Both the position numbers and the translations under genes were made by a program. The notes beneath the pieces were generated by a model. The model made no database searches. It was given only the letters and a program-made list of their open reading frames with translations, and was not told where the DNA came from. 64,000 bases of DNA from a virus (Duplodnaviria > Caudoviricetes), in the IMG/VR virus record IMGVR_UViG_3300037067_019009, positions 64,001 through 128,000 of that record; one strand, given 5' to 3'. This document shows positions 22,123 to 32,312 of this stretch, in pieces (the first letter of the stretch is position 1; each line of letters begins with the position of its first letter).

Positions 22123-22625
22123 TTGATCACCTCCCTCACCAGCGCAAATAAGGCCATAAAAATCACTACCATGAACGCAGATGGTTCCGGCGTTACATAT
22201 GTAACAGCTAACTGCATACTGGGACTAGCAGCCACGGAGTTTTTACCGTTATGTAACTGCCACCCCGGGCCCGCGCCGGTAATCATAGCTTCGTGCATCC
22301 ATAGGCCCGATACATAAACGTCCACTTGCCCCAATCCTACGAAGCAGATACTATTCCAGACATAGGAACGGTAGTCTAGTGGAGCTACATAATCGGCCAA
22401 ATAATATCCGACTGGCCCTGTAGAGCTATCCTTATATAGAGCTACATCCCACCCAGGCAATGCAGGTAGATCAGTGCAACTGTCATATCCATCGGTAGAA
22501 CATGGAAAGCTGCGAAGCAGCAGCGTTGATGATCTATAATTGAACTCAAAATACACATCGCTCCATGCGTCATGCATGCAAGAACCCAGTATTACCAAAA
22601 ATATCATTACGAACAGCGTCTTCAT
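22119..22625 (-). CDS. PEP-CTERM sorting-domain protein
   Basis: N-terminal signal peptide; C-terminal TPEPSA + transmembrane helix + basic tail. Confidence 0.8.
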   Translation of the reverse strand: MKTLFVMIFLVILGSCMHDAWSDVYFEFNYRSSTLLLRSFPCSTDGYDSCTDLPALPGWDVALYKDSSTGPVGYYLADYVAPLDYRSYVWNSICFVGLGQVDVYVSGLWMHEAMITGAGPGWQLHNGKNSVAASPSMQLAVTYVTPEPSAFMVVIFMALFALVREVIK

Positions 22626-22637
22626 ATATCTTAGCCC

Positions 22638-23618
22638 CTATGTATTATAGGCAAGCGAGCCTTTGTATTCTAATATAGATTTCCACGCGTACTTAGCGAC
22701 AGCCGCATTCGTAGCCTCATCGCCAATCTTCAGTTCTGGCGGTATCGGCCACTCGAAAAGGTCCTCCATAAGGATTTCCAATTCCTCACTGGGTTCCGAG
22801 GCTATCTGCCATATAAGCAGATCCATATTCATATAACTTTGCCCAAGGAAGACAAAGTCTTCTGGATTAGTCTTGAAATCCCACTTCACCACACTCTTAT
22901 TCTCTTTAGGCTTATCGGCTGCATGCTTAGTGTCTTTGCTACTCGTAGCCTCTGCAGTAGCAGTCTTTGCCGGAATTGAAGAAACGCCAGACTCAGCGTG
23001 ATAAGTAGAGTAATCTTTTACATTCTCATCGAAGGTCTTAGACATCATTGCCGTCACGCTGGGGGGCGTCTGCACATCGATGAACCAAGACACGTCTTCT
23101 ATCTTCACTCCAGCATCATAAAGGTAAATAGTTGATGACATCGCATTCGTCACCCTAGAGACTATAGAATGAATAAAGAGCGGACCGGTCTCGTCCGTAA
23201 ATATAGCCAGCATCTCCAGATCGTCTTTAGTAGGGGCAAGACTATGATCAGAGTGTATAGTCACCAGCATCTTGAGCATATCAGGCGTAGTGCCAGACGG
23301 AAGCTGCTTCATGAACGAGGATATATCCACATCCGATACTGAGGCACTCTGGTACTTCCTCGTTTGCGGAAATAGAAACAAATCTTTGACATATATATCC
23401 CCACCCACGACCTCTACTGACCCAAGCATACCAACAACACTCTTGGTCACAAGTTCAACAATAGCGTTCAGCTTGCCGTAAGCTAACGGAGACATATAAA
23501 TAACTGGAAGTTCGGTGAGCAGTTTCACCCTGGGCCCATAGCCAGACGGCAGTATAGAATTAGCTGGTTGAACCGGGGGCTCCTTCTCAGAACTATAAGA
23601 ATAACCACCATTCGACAT
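22638..23618 (-). CDS. JAB/MPN-domain paralog, probably catalytically inactive
   Basis: Aligns by eye with 28338..29192 (P.I...P.A..K..AIVEL), but HSD replaces HSH and the catalytic Glu position is Val. Confidence 0.7.
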   Translation of the reverse strand: MSNGGYSYSSEKEPPVQPANSILPSGYGPRVKLLTELPVIYMSPLAYGKLNAIVELVTKSVVGMLGSVEVVGGDIYVKDLFLFPQTRKYQSASVSDVDISSFMKQLPSGTTPDMLKMLVTIHSDHSLAPTKDDLEMLAIFTDETGPLFIHSIVSRVTNAMSSTIYLYDAGVKIEDVSWFIDVQTPPSVTAMMSKTFDENVKDYSTYHAESGVSSIPAKTATAEATSSKDTKHAADKPKENKSVVKWDFKTNPEDFVFLGQSYMNMDLLIWQIASEPSEELEILMEDLFEWPIPPELKIGDEATNAAVAKYAWKSILEYKGSLAYNT

Positions 23619-23623
23619 TTAAA

Positions 23624-24481
23624 TTACCTCACTACTAGAAGTTTTGGCTCCGGGCTGGTAGTATCCTTGGCCCTAGAGAACTCCTCCTCAAATAACTCAT
23701 AGTATTCTTTACGCAAATAGGAGAGTACGGCCTTCTTCACGGCATGTACTTTCGCCGTGGCCGTCTTCCCATCTATTTCCAACTCCGCCGCCACGTCAGA
23801 CGCACGGCAGTCCTGGCCCATGATAGCCGCCACTACTTGTAGTTCCTCTGGAAGGTGGCTGATAGCCTCATAAATCGCTGCCGCCTTAGCACGGTCGACA
23901 CAAATATCATGGATATCCGGCCCCTCCTCTATGGGCTGTTGGGCGCTCGACTTGGTTTGTATCTGGTCCGGAGTGGCTAACGTAAGTGCGGAGTACTTCA
24001 CGGCAAACTCATCCGTGGCCATACCCATATAACCGGCCAGCTCAGCACAGGTAGGTGGTCTTCCGAGCCTCTGATGTAGTATAGCCGCCGTACCAGCGAT
24101 ATCAGCCTCCATCTTTTTCGCCATCCCCTGGCGGCGCTTCCCAAGCAGCCCCCAGAACTCAGAACGCCGCTGCCCGATAGCTCTCCGCAGCACGCCTATG
24201 ACGAAGTTTTTAGCACTGGAGTACTTGTTGGAAGGCAGAGTGTCTACCGCTTTCGATAGTGTTGCCACCGCCGCCTGCGTTAGATCCTTACGCGTTATAT
24301 CATGCGCAGCCACTACAGCAGCCCGCTGGATGGATACTTCTATATAAGGAGCAGCCTCCTCTAAGAACTTGAGCTTGCTGGCGCGTGCTGTTTCGATGTC
24401 TCCCGAATCCCTTGCGCATATGAAAGCTTCTAGTGCATTATCCAACTTACCACCCAACTCATTACTACCTAACTTAGACAT
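23624..24481 (-). CDS. Sigma-70 family factor, degenerate
   Basis: Region 2 DLTQAAVATLSKAV, region 3 LHQRLGRPPTCAELA, region 4 AISHLPEELQ...DVAAELEI; start set at MSKLG. Confidence 0.8.
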   Translation of the reverse strand: MSKLGSNELGGKLDNALEAFICARDSGDIETARASKLKFLEEAAPYIEVSIQRAAVVAAHDITRKDLTQAAVATLSKAVDTLPSNKYSSAKNFVIGVLRRAIGQRRSEFWGLLGKRRQGMAKKMEADIAGTAAILHQRLGRPPTCAELAGYMGMATDEFAVKYSALTLATPDQIQTKSSAQQPIEEGPDIHDICVDRAKAAAIYEAISHLPEELQVVAAIMGQDCRASDVAAELEIDGKTATAKVHAVKKAVLSYLRKEYYELFEEEFSRAKDTTSPEPKLLVVR

Positions 24482-24754
24482 CGCGTAACTCCTTGACCAC
24501 AATGGGTTTCCTGCGTGCAGCCAACGCCGCGGCGTATAGCTTACTAGAACCTGATCTACCGGAGTGAACAAAAACATCAGCGGAAGCTTCCGTAAGTTCT
24601 ATAACCCCAATCTCCTGATCCAGTTCTTCGAGTTGTCTCTCTTCAAGTTCAGTAAGATCTTCAAAAGCTGTCCCCATAATCCCTCCGTCCTAAGTGGGCG
24701 GGGGCTAAGAGTCTAGCCCCCACTATCAGTAGATTAAAAATCTACTCAACACCC

Positions 24755-25153
24755 CTAAAATGGGTTGCTGACCGCCGCTGGTTCAGGCGCTGGCTCAGAT
24801 TCTACCACTTCTTCAGTCGCAGACCCGGACTTGCGCTTATCGAGGAATGTGACCTCATCAGCAACCACATTTGTGTAGGTGGTCTTCGTCTGCGTAGACG
24901 GATCTGGAACCGTTCTTACCTCTATGCGACCGACAACCGCAACCAGCGAGCCCTTAGCGGTATAGTTGGCCATGTTCTCGGCTGTCTTCCTCCATGCCAT
25001 GCATCGGATGAAGTCAGTTTCCCGTTTGCCATCGACCACGTAATTGCGATCCACGGCTATTGTGAATGGGAGCTTTGCCACTCCACCTTCCGTATAGGAA
25101 AGATCGGGGTCGGCAGTCAGCCTACCTACAAGCACTACGTTATTTAACATCAT
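24755..25153 (-). CDS. ssb: Single-stranded DNA-binding protein
   Basis: LNNVVLVGRLTADP, TDFIRC.AW, KGSLVAVVGRI, C-terminal PF. Confidence 0.96.
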   Translation of the reverse strand: MMLNNVVLVGRLTADPDLSYTEGGVAKLPFTIAVDRNYVVDGKRETDFIRCMAWRKTAENMANYTAKGSLVAVVGRIEVRTVPDPSTQTKTTYTNVVADEVTFLDKRKSGSATEEVVESEPAPEPAAVSNPF

Positions 25154-25175
25154 TTCTCACCTCCTTCACTTATAA

Positions 25176-25556
25176 CTAGACATACTTATTATAATTTGAC
25201 CCCCACCCACTACCGGCCTTAGTGACGCTATAGTGGTGCAGTACCTCCAGTGGGGCCTTACAGCAGGGACAAAGAATGTATTCTGTCCCAGTATTAGCTT
25301 CTGGTACGATCTTACCACCACAACAAGGACAAGTCTCCAGTGAGATCTTCTCACTACAACGAGGGCATCTGGCTGCGGTGGTATCGGCGCTCTTTGGTTT
25401 TCTGCCCAACTGGACGAAGATCCATGTAGAGAACCAAAGTGCCAGGGCTGCCACTGCGATCACTAACAAATACCCAAGCAGAGGTAGAATAGCAGTAGCC
25501 ACTATAATGATGACTAAGGCGTAAAACAAAAACCTCATATTATAAAGTCTTGGCAA
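25176..25556 (-). CDS. Membrane-anchored zinc-ribbon protein
   Basis: N-terminal hydrophobic segments; CPRC/CPCC/CPCC motifs. Confidence 0.65.
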   Translation of the reverse strand: MPRLYNMRFLFYALVIIIVATAILPLLGYLLVIAVAALALWFSTWIFVQLGRKPKSADTTAARCPRCSEKISLETCPCCGGKIVPEANTGTEYILCPCCKAPLEVLHHYSVTKAGSGWGSNYNKYV

Positions 25557-26367
25557 GTTTATCTAACACTTCGAGCTCGATTGGCTCTTTCTTGGACTCC
25601 TCGCCACCCTCCTCCCTCAACGTCAGAAAACCATTCGGTAGTCCCGTTTCTTCCACCAAGGCTATATACTCAGTCAACGGCATCTGAAGGCTGGAGATAA
25701 CGACTGAGGCAGATTGTACCTTAGTCCCTATAAGCTCCGCAAGCTTCTCGGCGGTAGGACCGTACGCTACCACCTCTTTCCCTGACGCCTGCATTACCAA
25801 CACAATATCCGGGACCCGCATCTGAACCCTGAGGTAATCACTTATAGAGATCACCCTATCCGATGACATAACATTACTCCTTTCACTTTTGCTAGCTATA
25901 TAGGCTTCTATCTCAGTAGTCTTATCCATCTTCTCCATGCTCTCTCGCAGAGCTTGAAGCATAAGCTTATACACTATTGGATTGGGATTCGGCTCCGACT
26001 CCATATCCAGAGGCGTTATTCCCATACCCGCCTCGGCTATGGCTTTCGTTACCGCCGTTGCGCGTGATTTACCATTCGGAGAACTAACAAGTAAGTAGTC
26101 TGCTTTAGCCGCAAGTGCCGTGCGTATATGTATCGCCATTCTCTCAGCGACAGCCACAGACATAGCTACCTTGCTCTCTTGCTGAGTATATGCCTCAGCA
26201 TTTGAAAACATGGCAAATGCCGTCTGTCTTACAGCCGCCCAGTTAGCATCAGGAATCTTAGAACCTGGGTCTTCTATCAATAGCACCCAGATACCCCCAC
26301 TAATCGTGGAGGACTCCTCGCTGAGCAGCCATACAAGGTCGGCATGACTCATGCTAAGAACTTCCAT
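25540..26367 (-). CDS. Degenerate tyrosine-phosphatase-like plus MutS domain I-like fusion
   Basis: LLVSSPNGKSRA resembles HCxxGxSRS with Cys lost; PDIVLVMQ...AYGPTAEKLAELIG resembles MutS-I. Confidence 0.45.
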   Translation of the reverse strand: MEVLSMSHADLVWLLSEESSTISGGIWVLLIEDPGSKIPDANWAAVRQTAFAMFSNAEAYTQQESKVAMSVAVAERMAIHIRTALAAKADYLLVSSPNGKSRATAVTKAIAEAGMGITPLDMESEPNPNPIVYKLMLQALRESMEKMDKTTEIEAYIASKSERSNVMSSDRVISISDYLRVQMRVPDIVLVMQASGKEVVAYGPTAEKLAELIGTKVQSASVVISSLQMPLTEYIALVEETGLPNGFLTLREEGGEESKKEPIELEVLDKLAKTL

Positions 26368-26953
26368 TTCTAGCCTCCATTATCTGGCGGATCTCAGACT
26401 CCGATAATGGCGTAAACATCTCAGCCTTACCGATGAACTCTGACCCATCGTCTTTATCTATCAACCAGAAATATCCATCCTCGCGGGTTTCTGTCACCTC
26501 GACCAGCCTAGCCTTAGGCCAGCCAGGTTCCTTATACAGCCCATAAGCCGAGGGGACTGCTTCATTGGAAGACGATACTAGTGCCTCGCCAAGAGTCTTC
26601 GCCTCTTCCGTCGGCATGATATAATTAGCTATGCAGGTATCACCGCGCATCACATTGACCCCGACATCACCACTGTCCTCGGTGTAAGGAACGAGGTGGA
26701 TATCCTCATCTCTATTAAGCTGTGCCTCTATCCCAGGAAACAGCGCACGACCCATCTCGGACGCCACATCACTCGGCTGCGTCAATATAAACTGGATCTG
26801 CCCGGACGCCAGCTGCCGGAACGTCAAAACTTGTATGGGTGTCTCACACCAGGACACCAACGCCTGTATTAGATGCGCTCTTTCCTCCGGGGATAAATGA
26901 ATCCCAATCACGGGGTACACCCCGTCCCTTGCCTCCAATGTCCTGACCTCCAT
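26354..26953 (-). CDS. Hypothetical protein
   Basis: 199-aa ORF. Confidence 0.65.
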   Translation of the reverse strand: MEVRTLEARDGVYPVIGIHLSPEERAHLIQALVSWCETPIQVLTFRQLASGQIQFILTQPSDVASEMGRALFPGIEAQLNRDEDIHLVPYTEDSGDVGVNVMRGDTCIANYIMPTEEAKTLGEALVSSSNEAVPSAYGLYKEPGWPKARLVEVTETREDGYFWLIDKDDGSEFIGKAEMFTPLSESEIRQIMEARNGSS

Positions 26954-27403
26954 TGATTATTTCGTTCGCTTGCCTATTGTAGCATTTATAAGCTCAGCCG
27001 CCGCAAGCAAGCAGGCTACAAATTAGAAATAAGATCGCCCCAGTCAACACCCGAATCCACTATAGGCATATCTGATAATACCAAAGCGTCCAAACCATGC
27101 TTCCATCTAGTCGGTGTAAGCAAACTGAAGTAGTTATAAGCAGGCATGAGCTGTTTATCTTCAAATATGACTACATCTCCAGGCTTCACGTAATGTACGT
27201 TCTGTGCAGTTCGTGGAGAAATGACAAGCTGCTGTGGAAAAAACAAACCGTTACTATCTCTAAGAGCTATATAATAAGTCAACATTTGTTTACCTTCCGG
27301 GTGCTATGGGTATAACGAAGACAAACACCCCCGAACCCACTCGGGGGTGCATATTACTCCATATTAAGTTTTATATTATGTTGTATATTTAGTCAGGGGT
27401 TTC

Positions 27404-27619
27404 CTAGCAGGCGCCCTTGACTTTTTTTGCCGCGACGATTGTATCACCATTGCGCACCTGAACCACTTCTTCGTCTGCGACTGGTTCGCCGTTCAGCTTC
27501 AAGTCGTAGCCACCCCAGTCGAATCCGGCTGAGTTCAGCGCGTCCGCGACAGTCATCCCCTCCTCGGGCTCAACGTCGTAGACGGAGTTCTCCGCCCCGA
27601 TTGCAGCGATTGTAATCAT
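27404..27619 (-). CDS. Ubiquitin-like (beta-grasp, ThiS/MoaD-type) protein ending KKVKGAC
   Basis: GMTVADAL...LKLNGE...VRNGDTI; GAGGAGG RBS; last gene of the E2-JAB-E1 operon. Confidence 0.88.
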   Translation of the reverse strand: MITIAAIGAENSVYDVEPEEGMTVADALNSAGFDWGGYDLKLNGEPVADEEVVQVRNGDTIVAAKKVKGAC

Positions 27620-27657
27620 AGTTTTTCCTCCTCGTAACATTAGCTAACGTTATAGCC

Positions 27658-28329
27658 TCAGAACTTACTCGAGACTATGAGTGGCGGCGACGCGGAAAGG
27701 AGTAGTTCGTTTTCCACGCTACTCCCTTTGAGCCACCGCATAAGTTGCCATGTGGCATAGCTTACCACAAGAGCAGCAGTAGGGGCTATAGATATTACCG
27801 CCCCACAGGCTGAAGTCTCAGCCTCATCGTCAGAGCATAGCGTTTTTTCCCACGCACTACACTCTGATAGCGAATTAGGATTGAAGGCATAGACACGCCC
27901 AATCATCGCACCCATCCTAGTTTCTATCACCAGTTTGGTTGACACGGACATCTTCAGGGACGATTCATATATCCCTCTACGTCCAGAGTTACCATCCATA
28001 GAATCGATGGCCAGGAAGACTACCTCCCCAAATGTATTGGGGCCTTCTACCTTCTCAAACCTACTCTCTATCTCGACACCCGACCCCCGATAAACCATAT
28101 CCTTAACGGCTTCCACCTTAGGGATCCCGACGTGTTCCAGCATGAACATCTGGTTCGGCAGGTTATGGTCCTCAACAATATCATGGTCCCAGACACGGAT
28201 CTTAGTTGCTCCGACTTTGGCTAACTGCCAACAAAGGCCGGAACCAATAGCGCCTGCCCCCACTACATCGATCCTTACATTGCGGATGAGTGAGGGATTA
28301 AAAACTTCTTGCTGTCGCATGAATTCCAT
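27658..28329 (-). CDS. E1/ThiF-like adenylating enzyme
   Basis: VVGAGAIGS, DHDIVEDHNLPNQ, PKVEA, AIDS, ETSACG (candidate catalytic Cys). Confidence 0.93.
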   Translation of the reverse strand: MEFMRQQEVFNPSLIRNVRIDVVGAGAIGSGLCWQLAKVGATKIRVWDHDIVEDHNLPNQMFMLEHVGIPKVEAVKDMVYRGSGVEIESRFEKVEGPNTFGEVVFLAIDSMDGNSGRRGIYESSLKMSVSTKLVIETRMGAMIGRVYAFNPNSLSECSAWEKTLCSDDEAETSACGAVISIAPTAALVVSYATWQLMRWLKGSSVENELLLSASPPLIVSSKF

Positions 28330-28337
28330 AAATGCTA

Positions 28338-29192
28338 CTACCTCTTAGGCAATTTCTGCTGGTTAATGACATCTTCTACGCTTTCCGAGTCACCACCAAC
28401 CAGCGGCACCGACGACTGTACTGCCGAACCGGATGGTCGCCCTAACAGCGACCGCACTACATCAGGGCTGAGAGGATCGTCATAACCGTCCTCACCTGGC
28501 TGATAATCAGTATCATCGTACGTAGCTTTACTGCTCCTATTACCATTAAAGTAGCCACCACGATAACTATCAGCTCTGGCTGGAGCCTTCTTAACTTTCT
28601 CGGAGACTTCCTTTGCCAACCCCTCCTTATCTAGCATTTCAGGTAGATAGGGAAACCACCTTACATCTCGGAAAATGAGATTATCCGAGGCCCTGTATAC
28701 TGTCCACTCCATATGCCCTTTCTTGTTGCAGATGAGCCGTATGGAGAATGGCTTACCGGTGGCTATGAACTCCGAAAACGTCTTGCAGTCCTCAGCGCTG
28801 GGGTTGGTAGACATGTCCACATGGCTGTGCCCCCATCCCCTAAGCTTAAGTATTATGTCACGCCCTCCAGGGGTGCTAAGCAGCTCCTCCGCCAAAGCGA
28901 CCTGCCCATCCGTGGTATGCTCCACCTCAGCCGGTCCCGCCTCCTGTCCGACTAGGAAGGCACCGGTTATTATATAATCGGTCCCCGCCTCCTCCACTGA
29001 GCAGTACCATGAAACCTCCTCGTCAGCTAGCTCGACAATGGCTCCCATCTTTACTAAGGCCTCTGGCTTTACGAAGATTCTAGGCGTGTCTCCAGAGTAT
29101 AGAATCTCCGTTTTGGCTTCGTGTGGAATAAACGTGATCGGGTCGTAGTCTACTCTCAACTCTTTCTCCACCTGATTGAATCTAGTCTTCAT
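28338..29192 (-). CDS. JAB/MPN metallo-isopeptidase
   Basis: EEVSWY...GWGHSHVDMSTNPSAED (E-HxH-S-D); start set at MKTRFNQ. Confidence 0.9.
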   Translation of the reverse strand: MKTRFNQVEKELRVDYDPITFIPHEAKTEILYSGDTPRIFVKPEALVKMGAIVELADEEVSWYCSVEEAGTDYIITGAFLVGQEAGPAEVEHTTDGQVALAEELLSTPGGRDIILKLRGWGHSHVDMSTNPSAEDCKTFSEFIATGKPFSIRLICNKKGHMEWTVYRASDNLIFRDVRWFPYLPEMLDKEGLAKEVSEKVKKAPARADSYRGGYFNGNRSSKATYDDTDYQPGEDGYDDPLSPDVVRSLLGRPSGSAVQSSVPLVGGDSESVEDVINQQKLPKR

Positions 29193-30666
29193 CTTCTTCA
29201 TCTTCTTCGTTTTCCTCTTCGTCCTCTTCATCGTCCTCGTCTTCCGCGTCTAGATCTTCGCCATCCCACTCTATAAGCTCCCCAGTATCAGTGACTCTCG
29301 GCCAGCGATTAACGTACTGCCCGGCATCGTCAGACACATTGACCGACGATAGAAAACTTATCAGTAGAGATACCAGCACCGCGTCCTCTCTGGAAGCCAT
29401 CAGCTCCGAAACGGATATTTCTATATTGCCGAAGCAAGCATCCCCGTCAAGAAAGACATGTGGCGCCTGACATGGACTACTTTGATAAGCTCTGACCTGT
29501 CGATCCTTATTATAGAACCGGATCGGACCCTCATCATAATAATCTATCACTATCGTAAACCGCCCGAGCTCATGTGTATAACCAGTTCTTACGTCCTTTA
29601 CCCTGATGGTGTCGGTATGCACCATTAGGACATCTCCAATATAGAAGGCTGATTTCACTCCAGCTATCCGATGGATCTTATCAATCATCGAAATGGTTCG
29701 GTCGGTACCTTCCAATACTCTCTTATACAGCGAAGCCAGTTCCTTCTCCGCTTGTATTCTGTTCGAGACTATTCGTATATAGCGCTCTTTGCATGACCGT
29801 TCCTCTCTTTTGTGGGCCTCTGCTACCTCTATCGCGTGTTGCACTGAGTAAGACATTCTCTTAGTTTCCAGTGCCTTGAGCCACTCCTCCGAGGGAGCAA
29901 ACATACGCTCACATAACTTCTTGAACAGCTCTAATTTATCTCTCTTCTTTGCCATATGCTCGGCTAAGGCCAGGATAAACTCCATATAAAGGGGTATTAC
30001 CACAGCTGTGGTCCCGCAAAGTAGGTTGAGATGTACCATACACGCATTTTGGTATATATCCGCCACTATATCAGGTTCATCGGAGTCCGAGTCACTCCAG
30101 AGGTGCTCCACACCCTTATCAGTATCCGCGGAAAACGCTCTAGTGTCTTGCGGAATCATGCCCCAGACAGCATTATCAATGATCCTACATGGACGCTGAA
30201 ACACACTGTTACACTCCAAAAGCCCAGTGCCTATATGGACGACAAACTTTCCTCTATGCTGCAGATCGTTCCTCGGAACTGCACATTCCATATTCCAGTT
30301 GGAGATAACTACAGACTGCTCTACAATAGGCGCAAGTATAGCAGACGTCAGCGTTTTCACGACTACTTCTACCGAGTCGGGTAAGCTCCGTGTTATATAT
30401 GTCTCGTACTCCTGGACATCCGCCTCTCCAGCTGAGCTGTTAGGGATCGCTCTATAGTGAGCCCTCACCAGCCTCTCATAATCTGGAATAGGGGTACACT
30501 CTACAAACTCATTGGACGTCGCCACCATAAGTTTTCTCACATCCTCCATAGTGCGCATCAACACCCCATCAGTTGTTGAGCCATCCTCATTACCGATTGA
30601 CCAAAGTAGCCCCTGTAGACCTATCCTCAATACATCGGACTTATCTATTCCCGGCACAAATATCAT
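29182..30666 (-). CDS. Prokaryotic E2-like protein with coiled coil and acidic tail
   Basis: C-terminal QAPHVFLDGDACFGN (PH...CxG E2 motif); operon context. Confidence 0.75.
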   Translation of the reverse strand: MIFVPGIDKSDVLRIGLQGLLWSIGNEDGSTTDGVLMRTMEDVRKLMVATSNEFVECTPIPDYERLVRAHYRAIPNSSAGEADVQEYETYITRSLPDSVEVVVKTLTSAILAPIVEQSVVISNWNMECAVPRNDLQHRGKFVVHIGTGLLECNSVFQRPCRIIDNAVWGMIPQDTRAFSADTDKGVEHLWSDSDSDEPDIVADIYQNACMVHLNLLCGTTAVVIPLYMEFILALAEHMAKKRDKLELFKKLCERMFAPSEEWLKALETKRMSYSVQHAIEVAEAHKREERSCKERYIRIVSNRIQAEKELASLYKRVLEGTDRTISMIDKIHRIAGVKSAFYIGDVLMVHTDTIRVKDVRTGYTHELGRFTIVIDYYDEGPIRFYNKDRQVRAYQSSPCQAPHVFLDGDACFGNIEISVSELMASREDAVLVSLLISFLSSVNVSDDAGQYVNRWPRVTDTGELIEWDGEDLDAEDEDDEEDEEENEEDEEDED

Positions 30667-30690
30667 TATATTACCATCCTTTCTGAACCA

Positions 30691-31227
30691 CTATTCGCTT
30701 AAATCTACGAGCATAACATCTGTAGTTCCAGACATCAGTAAACGAACAGGTATGCCTAGCTTACTGGTTATAGATTTAACCAATCCGATTGTCTTATGTG
30801 GGTACATGGCTGCACCCTGCCCTAAAACAAAACTTCTATCCCCAATATCAACCATAGATACCACGCGCTGCAAAGAATCAGAGCCAACCAATCCATCGTA
30901 GCTAAACAGATCATCTACAGAAATACTGCCTTTAGTAGTGACATATAACCATACCTCAACTACATCTTTCCCCACCAAAGCGAAGTATTTTCCAGCGTAC
31001 TCCGCTATTACTATGGGGTGTCCGACCATTGCCTCACATACCTTTTGGGGTCTCTCTCCAAGACCAACGAGCGCTAACTTATTGGCGTTATCAGACAGAT
31101 TTACAGGACACAGAACCCCACCAGTTACGCCAGAATATACATAAGTAAATACAGAACTTCCTTTGCCTGGTTTTATAATCTCCGGGATATCTGTTATCTC
31201 AAAAGATTGCCATTTATTATTGCTCAT
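30691..31227 (-). CDS. Hypothetical protein upstream of the E2 gene
   Basis: 178-aa ORF, co-oriented with short spacers. Confidence 0.65.
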   Translation of the reverse strand: MSNNKWQSFEITDIPEIIKPGKGSSVFTYVYSGVTGGVLCPVNLSDNANKLALVGLGERPQKVCEAMVGHPIVIAEYAGKYFALVGKDVVEVWLYVTTKGSISVDDLFSYDGLVGSDSLQRVVSMVDIGDRSFVLGQGAAMYPHKTIGLVKSITSKLGIPVRLLMSGTTDVMLVDLSE

Positions 31228-32312
31228 TACTGGCTTTAACCTCCATAGCTACCAGTTACATATGTAACATAATACGTGCAATCGACATGCCAAGGATAAA
31301 CCATTACCAAAGCATCGTTATAGATACCATGTACATCAAACAAGGGATCTATAGATTTAAATTCCACAGTCTCGCATACTACTCCCGGAAGATAGCTTTC
31401 TTGATCACTATAAAACCTCGAATCCAGAACCGCTTCCGGCTTTCCGCGAACGATCAGATAGAAATCTACGTCGGCTTCCTGGTTAGTGAACCTTACTGTC
31501 GTTCCAGCAGGCAGATGCTGAAACGCCTCCCAAGATATTCTGTACGGAAACTTCTTGTATCTATCTGGAACAATCTTATAATCCTCGTTATGAGCCACGG
31601 CTTATCACCTTTCTTGCTATGACTGTATCTTTATCAGACACTAGAAGCAATCTTTTAACTTCTTCCACTCCCGTAAACCACAAAAAACTGGGTGTAATTA
31701 AGATAAGACAGCCAAGCAAGTTAGTGCCTTCAATACTTTATATTCATCCACCAACTTTTCCTCGCTTCACCTACTAACTAGCCTACCTGCGTCCAGCCGT
31801 GTTCCCTGGCATAGTTATCCAGAGCCTCTTGCACTGCATGGAACCCACGCTTGTCTTTACCTATTCTTATCGGAAAAGTGTTATTACAGCATGGACAACA
31901 CTTCCACACTTTATAGGTGTCATCCAAATCTCTACCGACTGTATATTTGTAACCCTCGTCATCCTTCCACGACATCCCACAAACCTCCTCACCATGTCTC
32001 GCTGACTTCAACTGCTACAGATATCGGCATGTAATCATCGAGTCCATACCAAAGAGATACTCGCGGGCAATCTGACCTTCGCTTGGGCTCAAACACTACC
32101 ATTGTTGCGCCAATACCGCTAACGTTTACCGGTCTAGCTATTACTGTGTCTAAATGTCCATCACGAACGTTAGCCATTACGCCGCCGCCAGGGCAGTGCC
32201 TGAATAAAACACCAACATAATAAGTGGCAGTCGAGAGCAATATTACTTGAACTAGTATTACTGCCAGGGGCAACACCACCTTATCAACATAACGCCGCAT
32301 ACCGTACTCCTC

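Noticed and set aside
27404-28329. ThiS/ThiF thiamine or molybdopterin biosynthesis
   Set aside because: No thiG or moaE-type partners; linkage to JAB and E2-like genes favours protein conjugation
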